Shown here: piece by piece, positions 55,403 through 64,000 of the stretch
Numbering within the stretch: the stretch's first letter is position 1
Layout of the letters: every line of letters begins with the position of its first letter
Virus record (IMG/VR): IMGVR_UViG_3300009509_000031
Coordinates: 29,822 to 93,821 of that record
Reading direction: 5' to 3' (one strand)
From: a virus
Length of the DNA stretch: 64,000 bases
Translations under genes and position numbers: made by a program
The notes under the pieces: model-generated
Seen by the model: the letters and a program-made list of their open reading frames with translations, nothing else
Told to the model about the DNA's origin: nothing
Database searches by the model: none

Positions 55403-57907
55403 CTAATAAACCTCTCTTCCAAGAGTAACCGCCACAACTTCGTTATCAGAAACTTCCCACAAGTCTAGCCACATTTGAATTGCTGTTGGATCATCCAAAT
55501 TATCTTGATAAGCTTGTGGTCTAAGCAACCCATTAGCGCCGTTAAATGTAATAGTGCTTAGCGTTTTTGTTGCCGGTGCAGACATATCAGATGTGTAATA
55601 CCGGATTGTCTGATGGCCAGTAATAGCAAAGTAAAAGTTAGTATAAAGCGGATTACCGCTTGAAAACTGTGGACCAAAACCGGTATCAACCTTTTCAGTT
55701 GGGTTCGTACCGTCATCAACAACAAGCCAATAGTTTTGGTTACCGTGTACGTTGTTATCAAGTTCAAACTTGATACGGTAGTTACCAGCAACATCATCAA
55801 AACCGATCCAATTTGTGCGATCAGATAGCAATACATTATCAATTGCCATACGTGCCTTAAACACAAGATACAACTTTGATGTATCAAGCCAAAAAATAGA
55901 AGGGCCTTCAAGCTGCACAGATTCCGTTGCAGCCGTGTTAGCAAACCTAGCTGCACCACCATGGGCCATTTGAGCAACACCAACTAATGATCCCTGTTGT
56001 GTTACAGTAGCCGATCCTGTTGCGGTAACCTTGTACTGTTTAGGGCACGTTGTGTTACTAGTCCAACCTGTTGGTGATGATTGGTTATAATGAAAATCAT
56101 CTTTAAAATGATGGGGCGTTGCTCTAATACCATACGGCTCTAGGATTCCAACAATTTGCCCGGTTGGATCATTAATCTCTTCAAGCAAATCACCGGAACC
56201 TGTAAACCAATCAAGTGCAGTTGTCCCATTTATACCGCTAGCAACTAAACCAAGTCCAACAGCACCGCTAGCTTGTACCTGCATATCTCGTGTAGGGGCA
56301 ATAATCAGCTGTTGAAATGTTTTAAGCGCACCCTCTTTATTAATCCATGTTGCCACTTTTGGTGCAGCTTCATAAGACTCATAAAATTTGATGTGATCAG
56401 CTGCATCACCATAAAAGATTGCTGCAGCGTAACTATCATCACCACCATTACCAGATGGTGGGCCTAGTGACTCATTAGGACCATGAAAAGCCGTTCCACC
56501 AGCACCATGAATTATCGCATTAGATGCACTTCCCCAAAATTTTGGATTAGTGATCTGTTGGACTCTTAGAATAGTTACGTTGCCAGTATCCCCGGCACCA
56601 AAAGCAGGAGTTCCGCCATCAAGCTCTCTTAGCTGTAACGTTGTTGCGGCTACTACTAGAATCGTATACAACCCATTAGGCACTGTTGAAAACCCTTGCA
56701 ACCAAGCAAGGTCCATTCTGATATTAACGTTAGATGCAGCCCAATCAACGGATCCAGTTCTTGTTACAATATCCGGTGATGTTGTTGAACACGGGTTATC
56801 GATAATTAGATTACCTGTACTATGGGTTAATGGTACAACATGCAATTGCCCTGCTTCGGAACCATCCCGTTCATCAGATATCGTTAGAACACCAACACCA
56901 CCGTTTTCTGTTCCGCCTTTTCGATCAACCCGGAGTGTTGTAAACATATCATCTCCGGATCCGGTTCTGCTTTTCAGTTCAACCGCGCCACTATCAACAT
57001 TAACGATCCGCCCACTACCGCTGCCCGTTGCCCCGTCATATGCTCGATCAAGCGTATTGATAAACACAGGTACTTGACCGCTTGTATCAAACACAGTTGG
57101 CGTTGCACTTGGACCGTTACCGGTAATCTCACCAATAAACGCATAATCTGAATCAGTGCTTAGATCCTTATTTGCCTTATTACGCCAAGTAACACCTTCA
57201 ACAAACACCCTATATTCAGTTGCGATCTGCGATGGTGGCCCACCACTTGTATCTTGGCCTAGTGGCCCTAACGCACCACTATAAGGAATATCCACATAGT
57301 TATTAGGGGAAGCATACGCGATCGTACCTTCATAGTAAGCAGCTGTTGCAGCCGGACCTTCAATGGGAGAAACAGGATCAACCAACCAAACACGGCAAGT
57401 TCTACCACTATGATCTTCGTTCGCACCTGTTACAGAATTTACCCGAACCCTGATATATGTTGTCTGATCATCAACATCATCGGGATAATCAACTTCCCCA
57501 TACGTTTGTTTCAAACTAGGATATTCTGGATCACCAGTTCTAGGGTTCAGCTCAATCCCATCAGGAACTTCAGCATACTTGATCCCAACACTGTACGTTG
57601 TTCCTGTATTGTTCTCAAATGGGATCGCTGAAGTGATACCGGCACCATTCAACAAACTCATATCAATGATCTGCCCACCACCTACCACTACCCGCCATGC
57701 TTGTGATATATCAAGTTCAAAAGTGTCATTAGCAACAGAGTTAATCAAAATAGGATCCGAATCCAATACGCCACTGATCCCAATAAAGATACCGGCTGTT
57801 ACTTCTTCAATCGTCCTAAGCAAGAAATCAAGAAAGTTATCCTTAATGCCCGTCAAGCTTAGAAGTCTCTTAGGGTAGATATTGATTTTACGATCTGCGG
57901 TAGGCAT
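55403..57907 (-). CDS. Tail fibre / receptor-binding-like protein
   Basis: 834 aa, G/T/S/D-rich, last structural gene after baseplate. Confidence 0.65.
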   Translation of the reverse strand: MPTADRKINIYPKRLLSLTGIKDNFLDFLLRTIEEVTAGIFIGISGVLDSDPILINSVANDTFELDISQAWRVVVGGGQIIDMSLLNGAGITSAIPFENNTGTTYSVGIKYAEVPDGIELNPRTGDPEYPSLKQTYGEVDYPDDVDDQTTYIRVRVNSVTGANEDHSGRTCRVWLVDPVSPIEGPAATAAYYEGTIAYASPNNYVDIPYSGALGPLGQDTSGGPPSQIATEYRVFVEGVTWRNKANKDLSTDSDYAFIGEITGNGPSATPTVFDTSGQVPVFINTLDRAYDGATGSGSGRIVNVDSGAVELKSRTGSGDDMFTTLRVDRKGGTENGGVGVLTISDERDGSEAGQLHVVPLTHSTGNLIIDNPCSTTSPDIVTRTGSVDWAASNVNIRMDLAWLQGFSTVPNGLYTILVVAATTLQLRELDGGTPAFGAGDTGNVTILRVQQITNPKFWGSASNAIIHGAGGTAFHGPNESLGPPSGNGGDDSYAAAIFYGDAADHIKFYESYEAAPKVATWINKEGALKTFQQLIIAPTRDMQVQASGAVGLGLVASGINGTTALDWFTGSGDLLEEINDPTGQIVGILEPYGIRATPHHFKDDFHYNQSSPTGWTSNTTCPKQYKVTATGSATVTQQGSLVGVAQMAHGGAARFANTAATESVQLEGPSIFWLDTSKLYLVFKARMAIDNVLLSDRTNWIGFDDVAGNYRIKFELDNNVHGNQNYWLVVDDGTNPTEKVDTGFGPQFSSGNPLYTNFYFAITGHQTIRYYTSDMSAPATKTLSTITFNGANGLLRPQAYQDNLDDPTAIQMWLDLWEVSDNEVVAVTLGREVY

Positions 57908-58116
57908 TACTTATCCCTCCAGATAACTTCCGTTTTACCACCATGGCTGTGAATCGTTTCCATATCTGTAAACGATCCATATACAACAATAGACGGATGA
58001 GCACTAAGCCACCTTAAAACAGTTGTACCATCCGTGAACACAATACCCTCTGCAATGACACCAACACCACTTGTACCTGTTTCATCTTCAATACGGTTTA
58101 GGTTAAAGCGTTTCAT
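57907..58116 (-). CDS. Small phage hypothetical protein
   Basis: D.TGTSG.G.IAEG..F.DG...LRW...IH.HGG.T motif. Confidence 0.75.
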   Translation of the reverse strand: MKRFNLNRIEDETGTSGVGVIAEGIVFTDGTTVLRWLSAHPSIVVYGSFTDMETIHSHGGKTEVIWRDK

Positions 58117-59645
58117 GGGTTCGGCCCAATTCTTTCAATCTCTGTAGGCAATACGTTAACTTCAACAAGTTGAAGATCGCTATCACCTGTTAATGCGTAT
58201 ACACCAACTCTACCGGCAGAAAACGAACCTGCAGAATCTAGCTCATCAAGTTCTGTTTCCCCATTTACCTTAACGCGGATCCGTGTACCGCTACCCTCTG
58301 TAAGTGCATCAACACGGATCACGTCTTGTACACCTTGTTTTAGATAAGACAAACTAACGGTACTGCCGATCTGTGTTGGCGTTCCTGTTACAACTTTCCA
58401 CAGTTCAATTTCTTTTGCATCGTAATCAACCAATACATAATAGTGGTTATTAGCATCAGTTCCCATAAAAGTTAGATGCAACGCACTATCCGCATCAAGC
58501 GGTGTTATCTTCCAGGCAGTAACCTGATCAGCCCAATATATTTGATTTTGGTTGTTACTCTGAATCCTGGCACCCTCTAACAAATTACATGGGCCACCAG
58601 GTTTAGGAACACTAACAAGCGATGCAGTATTTACATCCCACTGATCTAGATCACCAGGTGTTTCAAATCGATCCAAAAAATTGATGTACACAATATCGAT
58701 CCGTTCACCTAGTGGCCGTACAGTGTCGCCGCCCATTAAAAACGAAAGTAGCGATCGATTAAGCACACCTGTTAAACTAATTACGGTTGCCGATCCACTA
58801 CCAGTATCAATCACAGTTTCATTTGGGATAAATCTTCCGTATATTGATCGCAACGTTAACGATCCTGCAGCAACAGAAGTAATCACACCATAGGCACCTG
58901 AAACGGATCCGATTGCTGTTTGCCCTACAGTAAACGAGCTTGTTTCGTTTTTAATAAGCAGGGTACCAACACCTTCATCAACTAATCTTACTTCGGTCAA
59001 GTATTCTTCCATATGACCAAACAAAATATATTCAACGTACCCCGTATGCGGTGCAAGACGCGTTGTTACGTACCCAATTTTTGTTTCAGGAACAACACGA
59101 TCAATTTCAAACAACTTTTCATTTGGTGGCCTAGTTGGATCACTAGTGATCAACAACCAACGAAAATCGTGGGCATTAGCAAAGTCAATCGGCAGATCCG
59201 TTAAACGAAACGAAAACTGATCAATCTCTGTAACCCTTCCAAGCGTTCCAGAGTACTTCTCACTAATAAACCCAATCGCATACGGATCAAGATCTTCAAG
59301 CTCTTCTGTTATACACGTTTGATCTTCCTGCATACGAAAATCAAACCAATTTGCAATCCGGAATCTATTACCGGTTACCATCCGAATTGCGTTATCAATT
59401 GACCCTAGCTCTGTTGGTTTTTCATTCCAATATGGAACAGCAAGCGACAAAATACGCCGAAGTTCTTCTGTTGTTGCATCAAATGACAGATCAGCTGTAA
59501 ACCCTAACAACGGTTTTTGGTACGGCAACCATCTAGCATCAATATTATCAATGTCCATAAGCGTTGGAAGCTCAGAACACCGATCATAGATCAAGTCTTC
59601 CCAAGCATAATCAATTTGCCTGGTGAGTATTTCTAGCTTTCCCAT
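58113..59645 (-). CDS. Baseplate wedge protein (P2 gpI-like N-terminus) with C-terminal beta-sandwich domain
   Basis: DIDNIDARWLPY...LGF...EELRRILSLAVPYW..K.T...I..AI pattern. Confidence 0.65.
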   Translation of the reverse strand: MGKLEILTRQIDYAWEDLIYDRCSELPTLMDIDNIDARWLPYQKPLLGFTADLSFDATTEELRRILSLAVPYWNEKPTELGSIDNAIRMVTGNRFRIANWFDFRMQEDQTCITEELEDLDPYAIGFISEKYSGTLGRVTEIDQFSFRLTDLPIDFANAHDFRWLLITSDPTRPPNEKLFEIDRVVPETKIGYVTTRLAPHTGYVEYILFGHMEEYLTEVRLVDEGVGTLLIKNETSSFTVGQTAIGSVSGAYGVITSVAAGSLTLRSIYGRFIPNETVIDTGSGSATVISLTGVLNRSLLSFLMGGDTVRPLGERIDIVYINFLDRFETPGDLDQWDVNTASLVSVPKPGGPCNLLEGARIQSNNQNQIYWADQVTAWKITPLDADSALHLTFMGTDANNHYYVLVDYDAKEIELWKVVTGTPTQIGSTVSLSYLKQGVQDVIRVDALTEGSGTRIRVKVNGETELDELDSAGSFSAGRVGVYALTGDSDLQLVEVNVLPTEIERIGPNP

Positions 59646-60751
59646 TAGCTCTCTTCATCCTTTTTTCTAATGCTAGCCAGAATCATAGGATAGATCTTAA
59701 ACCCAATATTAGGACTTGATCCAAACGTCCAAACAGCTCTAGCAGACGAAGCACTTATGTTTTCAACGTATGCACTAACAGAAACTTCGTCCCTATAATA
59801 CACGGATCGTGTTAACGGTGTTAGCTCAAACCTATAACCTATTTCGGCACCAGTTAACGCTGATACAGCAACAGCCCAAACTGAAGTAACAGCAGAACTG
59901 TTCTGATACACAATTGATCCGTCTATCCATATAATCGTTGCGGCTAAATTAATGCCACTTAGATCAATAGCCTTGAAAATAATAGGCGAATTTTTCGGAA
60001 TCCCGCTATCATCATCAACAGGATAAATCGGGATAATTTGTGGCGGGGAACTTCCTGTTTCAAATGAATACTCTGTACAGCTAATAAACGTATTTGTGTA
60101 ATCAAACACGGTTACTTCAACTGTAATCAGCGTATCTGCTGGAAGAAGTGCCGGCGGAATTAGCGTGTAATCAAAACCGTAAGCTGCATTTGCAGGTTTA
60201 CTAACAACCCATCCGTTTTGTGCAGAGCCATTTTTATACACAACAACAAAACCGCTACCTGAATCAACCCGTATTACACTGTAGCTATCACGCAACCCTG
60301 TAGTGTCTGCAATACCACTATCATTTGCGATATTCGCTCTAATTTCTGTAAGAGGTTCTCTGTCACAAGCCGGGATAAGGATTGTTGTAGCTTGATCAAC
60401 ACCCGTTTCACTCGGTTGCGGATCAAGCCTAGCAGAATCAAGATAAGGATCCGTATTAACCGGCACTGCAAGTAACGGACTTAAAATGTCCGATTGTGTA
60501 ACTAAAGCATCATCGCGCCAAGAATCATCAATACTAGTCCTGTCTAGTAAATCGTATTCAACGTGATCAACGATATCAGTATATAAAAGCTCTTCACGCC
60601 AAGAATCGTCAATACTGGTTCGATCCATTACCTCAATGCCATCACACGGATTAAAACCAGCATCATACACATTGTTATGCCAGTCATCATCAAGACTGGT
60701 TCGATCAATAGCTTCAGTAGAAACAAACGGCGCTTTTGGTGTCCAAGTCAT
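59645..60751 (-). CDS. Structural protein with N-terminal DRTS(L/I)DD.W repeats and Ig-like domains
   Basis: Three DRTSxDDxW repeats; P...TGV....I and P......IP....I Ig-like patterns. Confidence 0.6.
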   Translation of the reverse strand: MTWTPKAPFVSTEAIDRTSLDDDWHNNVYDAGFNPCDGIEVMDRTSIDDSWREELLYTDIVDHVEYDLLDRTSIDDSWRDDALVTQSDILSPLLAVPVNTDPYLDSARLDPQPSETGVDQATTILIPACDREPLTEIRANIANDSGIADTTGLRDSYSVIRVDSGSGFVVVYKNGSAQNGWVVSKPANAAYGFDYTLIPPALLPADTLITVEVTVFDYTNTFISCTEYSFETGSSPPQIIPIYPVDDDSGIPKNSPIIFKAIDLSGINLAATIIWIDGSIVYQNSSAVTSVWAVAVSALTGAEIGYRFELTPLTRSVYYRDEVSVSAYVENISASSARAVWTFGSSPNIGFKIYPMILASIRKKDEES

Positions 60752-60760
60752 TTTAGATCA

Positions 60761-62707
60761 CTAAAACTGTGGAGTAACACCGGGCCATTCAAACGCGATA
60801 CCGCTAACCATATGAAAGAAATCTTTTGCCCCGTTAGCACTTTCATCAAATGCCGCCCTAAGTGACAAGTTGCTTCTTACGTAATAATGCCCAACAAGCC
60901 TACCAAGTAGCGCATAAAGGTTACTTGTATTTTCTGGATCAGCATATAACCATGTTCCAGCTATTAGATCTTGTCTGGAAAACACTTGGCTCTTTCTTGC
61001 GTTTTGTTCTCTGCTTACCCATGCAGTTAAAGACTCGCTTGCATTTTTATACGAATAATCCGCCATTCTAGTTTCAACTTGACCACCAGACGTTTCACAC
61101 CATACGTATCCCCTGCCAACAACAGTTGCAAGATCAGTTCTCCTAGACATCTCGGATGAACTACAAACAGACGTACCATTACCCATTAAAGCAATTTTTT
61201 CAGTTGTCACCATACTTGAATCGGCGGGTTCAATGTGGCCAACCATCACCCCGTTATCAAGGATTCCAGTGGTGTTACGAAAAGCAAGTGTTACATACTC
61301 ACCAGCATCATCACCAAAAGCGTAATACGTGCCATCTCCCAAGTAATTTGTTCCGATCCTAACTGGTCCAAGTATTTTACCAGAACCGAAAGACCAATCG
61401 GCGTTTACTGATACCCTGATCTCAAAACTCTTATCTCCGGCATATGGGAAATTACAACCGAGGTATTCGCCATTAACCATAAGAACTTCAATTTCCCATC
61501 CGTTTGTATGCGGTGTTCTACATCGAAAAAGACTATCAGATATAACCGCCATTGTTCCGCCAGCCATACCTGTAAACGAAAATCCAACAGATTCAATTGC
61601 CTTATTTCCGTGTTCACCACCTAATGTATTAGAAACATTTACGGTAGGTGTTGAAGAACTGGCATCTAACAAAACCGCTGAATCAACTTGACCAGCGATC
61701 CAAGCGGCCACTTCAGTTGCATCATCGATATCGGGATCAGCTACGTTATCAAATACGCCGTGTGACTGTGTTAGATTTGGTGCTGTAAGATTTGAAGTAC
61801 CTTCTAAACCTAATTCTGTCCAAGCAGTTGAACCTGAATACGTCAACTGCATTTCATTGCGATCCGCAGATGGCGGATCTTGTGGTCTACCCCATACACC
61901 GTAATTTTGTACACGCCAAGTAAGCCGCTTTCCATACGATGAAGCATATCCCCTACCACCAGATTGATAACAACACGTTTCCCCTGCAGCCGTATTAATT
62001 TGAGACACAATAGACGAAATACTAAGCGGGTTTGATCCTGTAAACGTACAAGACTTACTAACACCACCAACAGAAAAATTTAACGTTTTACCGACTAATG
62101 TATTATTTGGATCAACATCAGCAGTTGCTGTAACACCACCACGCCATTGATTAGGGGTATATCCGCCGGGTGATATGGTAGAAAAAATTAAAACCTTTGC
62201 GTCATCGATATGGCTACCGCCATCTACTCTAATCCAATCACCATCGGTGATTGATGTAGCCGCCTTACCTGTAATCGTTCCTGTTGCTGCCGTTGCTGCA
62301 GCATCAATAACCCACCAATCAACACCTGTTGTTTGAACCGGGTACTCTGTAGCGCCGGATCTAAAGTCAACAGTAACCGTCGTTGAGCTGATAAACGCCG
62401 TTATTTTGTATATACCGGCATTAGCACGATTACTATCAGCAATAACGATCCAATCACCTACCATTCCCGAAGTAAACGATCCGGCTACCGTATCACGAAA
62501 ATTCTTATCAGATCCGGAAATATTAAATTCACCGTTTGTACCGGCTACTGTACTTGATAGCGTACCTGCGCCTTCAGTCCCATCAACAAAATTTGTAAAT
62601 CCACAAATCTTTGTTAGAAAAAAAGCAAGGCACTTAAAGTAAAACTCAATACCGGTTCCATATGCTGGAACTGGGTTATTGATCTCTCTTAGCCAACAAG
62701 TAGACAT
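60761..62707 (-). CDS. Virion structural protein, paralogue of 62707-63978
   Basis: Shared NAGIY.I, DF...E(Y/F)P...TG..WW and ADP.N..NLY..LGRL.GHY motifs. Confidence 0.7.
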   Translation of the reverse strand: MSTCWLREINNPVPAYGTGIEFYFKCLAFFLTKICGFTNFVDGTEGAGTLSSTVAGTNGEFNISGSDKNFRDTVAGSFTSGMVGDWIVIADSNRANAGIYKITAFISSTTVTVDFRSGATEYPVQTTGVDWWVIDAAATAATGTITGKAATSITDGDWIRVDGGSHIDDAKVLIFSTISPGGYTPNQWRGGVTATADVDPNNTLVGKTLNFSVGGVSKSCTFTGSNPLSISSIVSQINTAAGETCCYQSGGRGYASSYGKRLTWRVQNYGVWGRPQDPPSADRNEMQLTYSGSTAWTELGLEGTSNLTAPNLTQSHGVFDNVADPDIDDATEVAAWIAGQVDSAVLLDASSSTPTVNVSNTLGGEHGNKAIESVGFSFTGMAGGTMAVISDSLFRCRTPHTNGWEIEVLMVNGEYLGCNFPYAGDKSFEIRVSVNADWSFGSGKILGPVRIGTNYLGDGTYYAFGDDAGEYVTLAFRNTTGILDNGVMVGHIEPADSSMVTTEKIALMGNGTSVCSSSEMSRRTDLATVVGRGYVWCETSGGQVETRMADYSYKNASESLTAWVSREQNARKSQVFSRQDLIAGTWLYADPENTSNLYALLGRLVGHYYVRSNLSLRAAFDESANGAKDFFHMVSGIAFEWPGVTPQF

Positions 62708-63978
62708 TAGTAACCACCGTTTGTGTAACCGTTCCAGTTAATAACGAAACCGTCAGCAACAATCAACGTATCCCGTGTTCCATTAAGATTCAGTGGTGTC
62801 ATGTACCGATAAGGTGGCCCCGAAGCTGATAGTTGCGTTGGATCATTCGGGAATCTAGTCGTTCGATAATGACCTTTTAACCTTCCAAGAAAATGGTACA
62901 GGTTATCATTGTTATGAGGGTCAGCTAAAACATACGTACCATCATATAGCGGCATTTTAGCTATTTCCGGTGTTCCTATCCGTCTATTAAACTCCGGTGT
63001 AGCCTCTGAGTACCACGGTAGATTATCAATAACGTAGCACTGGGCAGATCCAAAATAGGACAATGTTATCATGTAGCCAATCTTTTGTTGCGAGGTATCT
63101 TCGTGCCAGTACCTGCAATATCCAAGATCGTCACTAGCATAACTAGACTGCCACCAACGATAATTGATACCACCTGCAGTATTGCCCCCTGCTAAAACAA
63201 TTTTTTCGTGATCCGTTTTCCCCGCTTCAATAACATTATCCAATCTAGCGATAAGTACACCGCACGGTCTAGCAAGTAAATGTGACGAACCATCTGCTAT
63301 CGTGTGATCGATCAAATGCAACCATTCACCATCATAGTCACCTTCAACTATGATTACACAATCATCACCAAACCCTGTACTTACATCCAAGCCTGGCCCT
63401 TCATCACCAGCACCTGCATCAGTCCCCAAAATCCTACCTGATGTCTCCCACGTACCGTCTACAGACACATTGATTATCAATGAACCAGTGTGCGCGGAAA
63501 GTCCGGTAAGCTCTATAGCCCACTGTGTTGAGTGGCGAGATTTCAGTCTACAGTAGTCTGTAGGATCAGACGGTAGCTGATAGTCCTTACCGACAATCCA
63601 CCAGCTAAGTCCTGTTGATGAAGCCGGGAATTCATCGGGTGCAGTAAAGAAGTCGATCTCAATGCTGGTTGTGCTATTAAACTTCCTTATGTAATATATC
63701 CCTGCATTTGCAGGATTCGTATTATCCTTAACTATTAGATACTTTCCATAATCGCTTTTAGTAAACGGGGCAGACGAATCTGTAAAGTTCCAATCGCTAC
63801 CACTAAAAGCGCCAGTAGATCCGTTTTTCTCAGTAGAAACCCAGCTACCGCCAGTAGCAACATCAGCCTGTACAGTAAAATCCATACATTTTGCTAAAAA
63901 CAACGCCACTATCTTTTTATAACAGTACTGCGTTGTAACGCTTCCCCTATGCAAAAATCTTAACCAACGACTAGCCAT
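62707..63978 (-). CDS. Virion structural protein, paralogue of 60761-62707
   Basis: Same shared motifs; stop overlaps next start. Confidence 0.7.
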   Translation of the reverse strand: MASRWLRFLHRGSVTTQYCYKKIVALFLAKCMDFTVQADVATGGSWVSTEKNGSTGAFSGSDWNFTDSSAPFTKSDYGKYLIVKDNTNPANAGIYYIRKFNSTTSIEIDFFTAPDEFPASSTGLSWWIVGKDYQLPSDPTDYCRLKSRHSTQWAIELTGLSAHTGSLIINVSVDGTWETSGRILGTDAGAGDEGPGLDVSTGFGDDCVIIVEGDYDGEWLHLIDHTIADGSSHLLARPCGVLIARLDNVIEAGKTDHEKIVLAGGNTAGGINYRWWQSSYASDDLGYCRYWHEDTSQQKIGYMITLSYFGSAQCYVIDNLPWYSEATPEFNRRIGTPEIAKMPLYDGTYVLADPHNNDNLYHFLGRLKGHYRTTRFPNDPTQLSASGPPYRYMTPLNLNGTRDTLIVADGFVINWNGYTNGGY

Positions 63979-64000
63979 TTGTCATACACCGTAAGGAGTT

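Noticed and set aside
55403-63978. Diversity-generating retroelement acting on tail genes
   Set aside because: No reverse transcriptase and no adenine-variant TR/VR repeat pair noticed
1-64000. Stop-codon reassignment, introns or inteins
   Set aside because: Core genes (terL, portal, polA, primase-helicase, recA) are intact at expected lengths in the standard code, with no intein-like insertions seen

Overview
A 64 kb segment of an apparently lytic tailed dsDNA phage, probably a myovirus (P2 gpI-like baseplate gene). Some host-derived small genes point to a Myxococcota/deltaproteobacterial host (recalled family resemblance, not searched). Nearly all genes are on the minus strand. In order of transcription (high to low coordinate): baseplate/tail proteins and a membrane/lysis cluster (64-53.5 kb); SF2 helicase and primase-helicase (53.4-49.2 kb); a self-contained early transcription unit (48.8-42 kb) carrying a MoxR AAA+/DUF6744-like/VWA module; a replication-recombination block with UDG-PolA, UvsY-like, SSB, 5'-3' exonuclease, RecA, SbcCD, ParB-MTase and RuvC-like genes (41.7-28.8 kb); KhpA, amidase endolysin, AdoMetDC and RlpA-like genes (28.8-26.5 kb); many small hypothetical genes including a probable TerS (26.5-8.5 kb); then TerL, portal, gpF-like protein, a split XkdF-type protease/scaffold and the start of the major capsid gene. 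The best candidate for an undescribed system is an RNA-level control layer. Its parts are a sigma70 promoter with an rRNA-like boxA, a family of covarying intergenic stem-loops with a conserved 4/5 internal loop (RNase III-like), a uniform GAAAGGCG ribosome-binding motif on early genes, a rod-shaped RNA upstream of polA that displays an anti-Shine-Dalgarno loop, and a phage-encoded KhpA RNA-binding protein. No tRNA, rRNA, CRISPR array, integrase or transposase was recognised. All calls come from motif reading by eye; no database searches were run.
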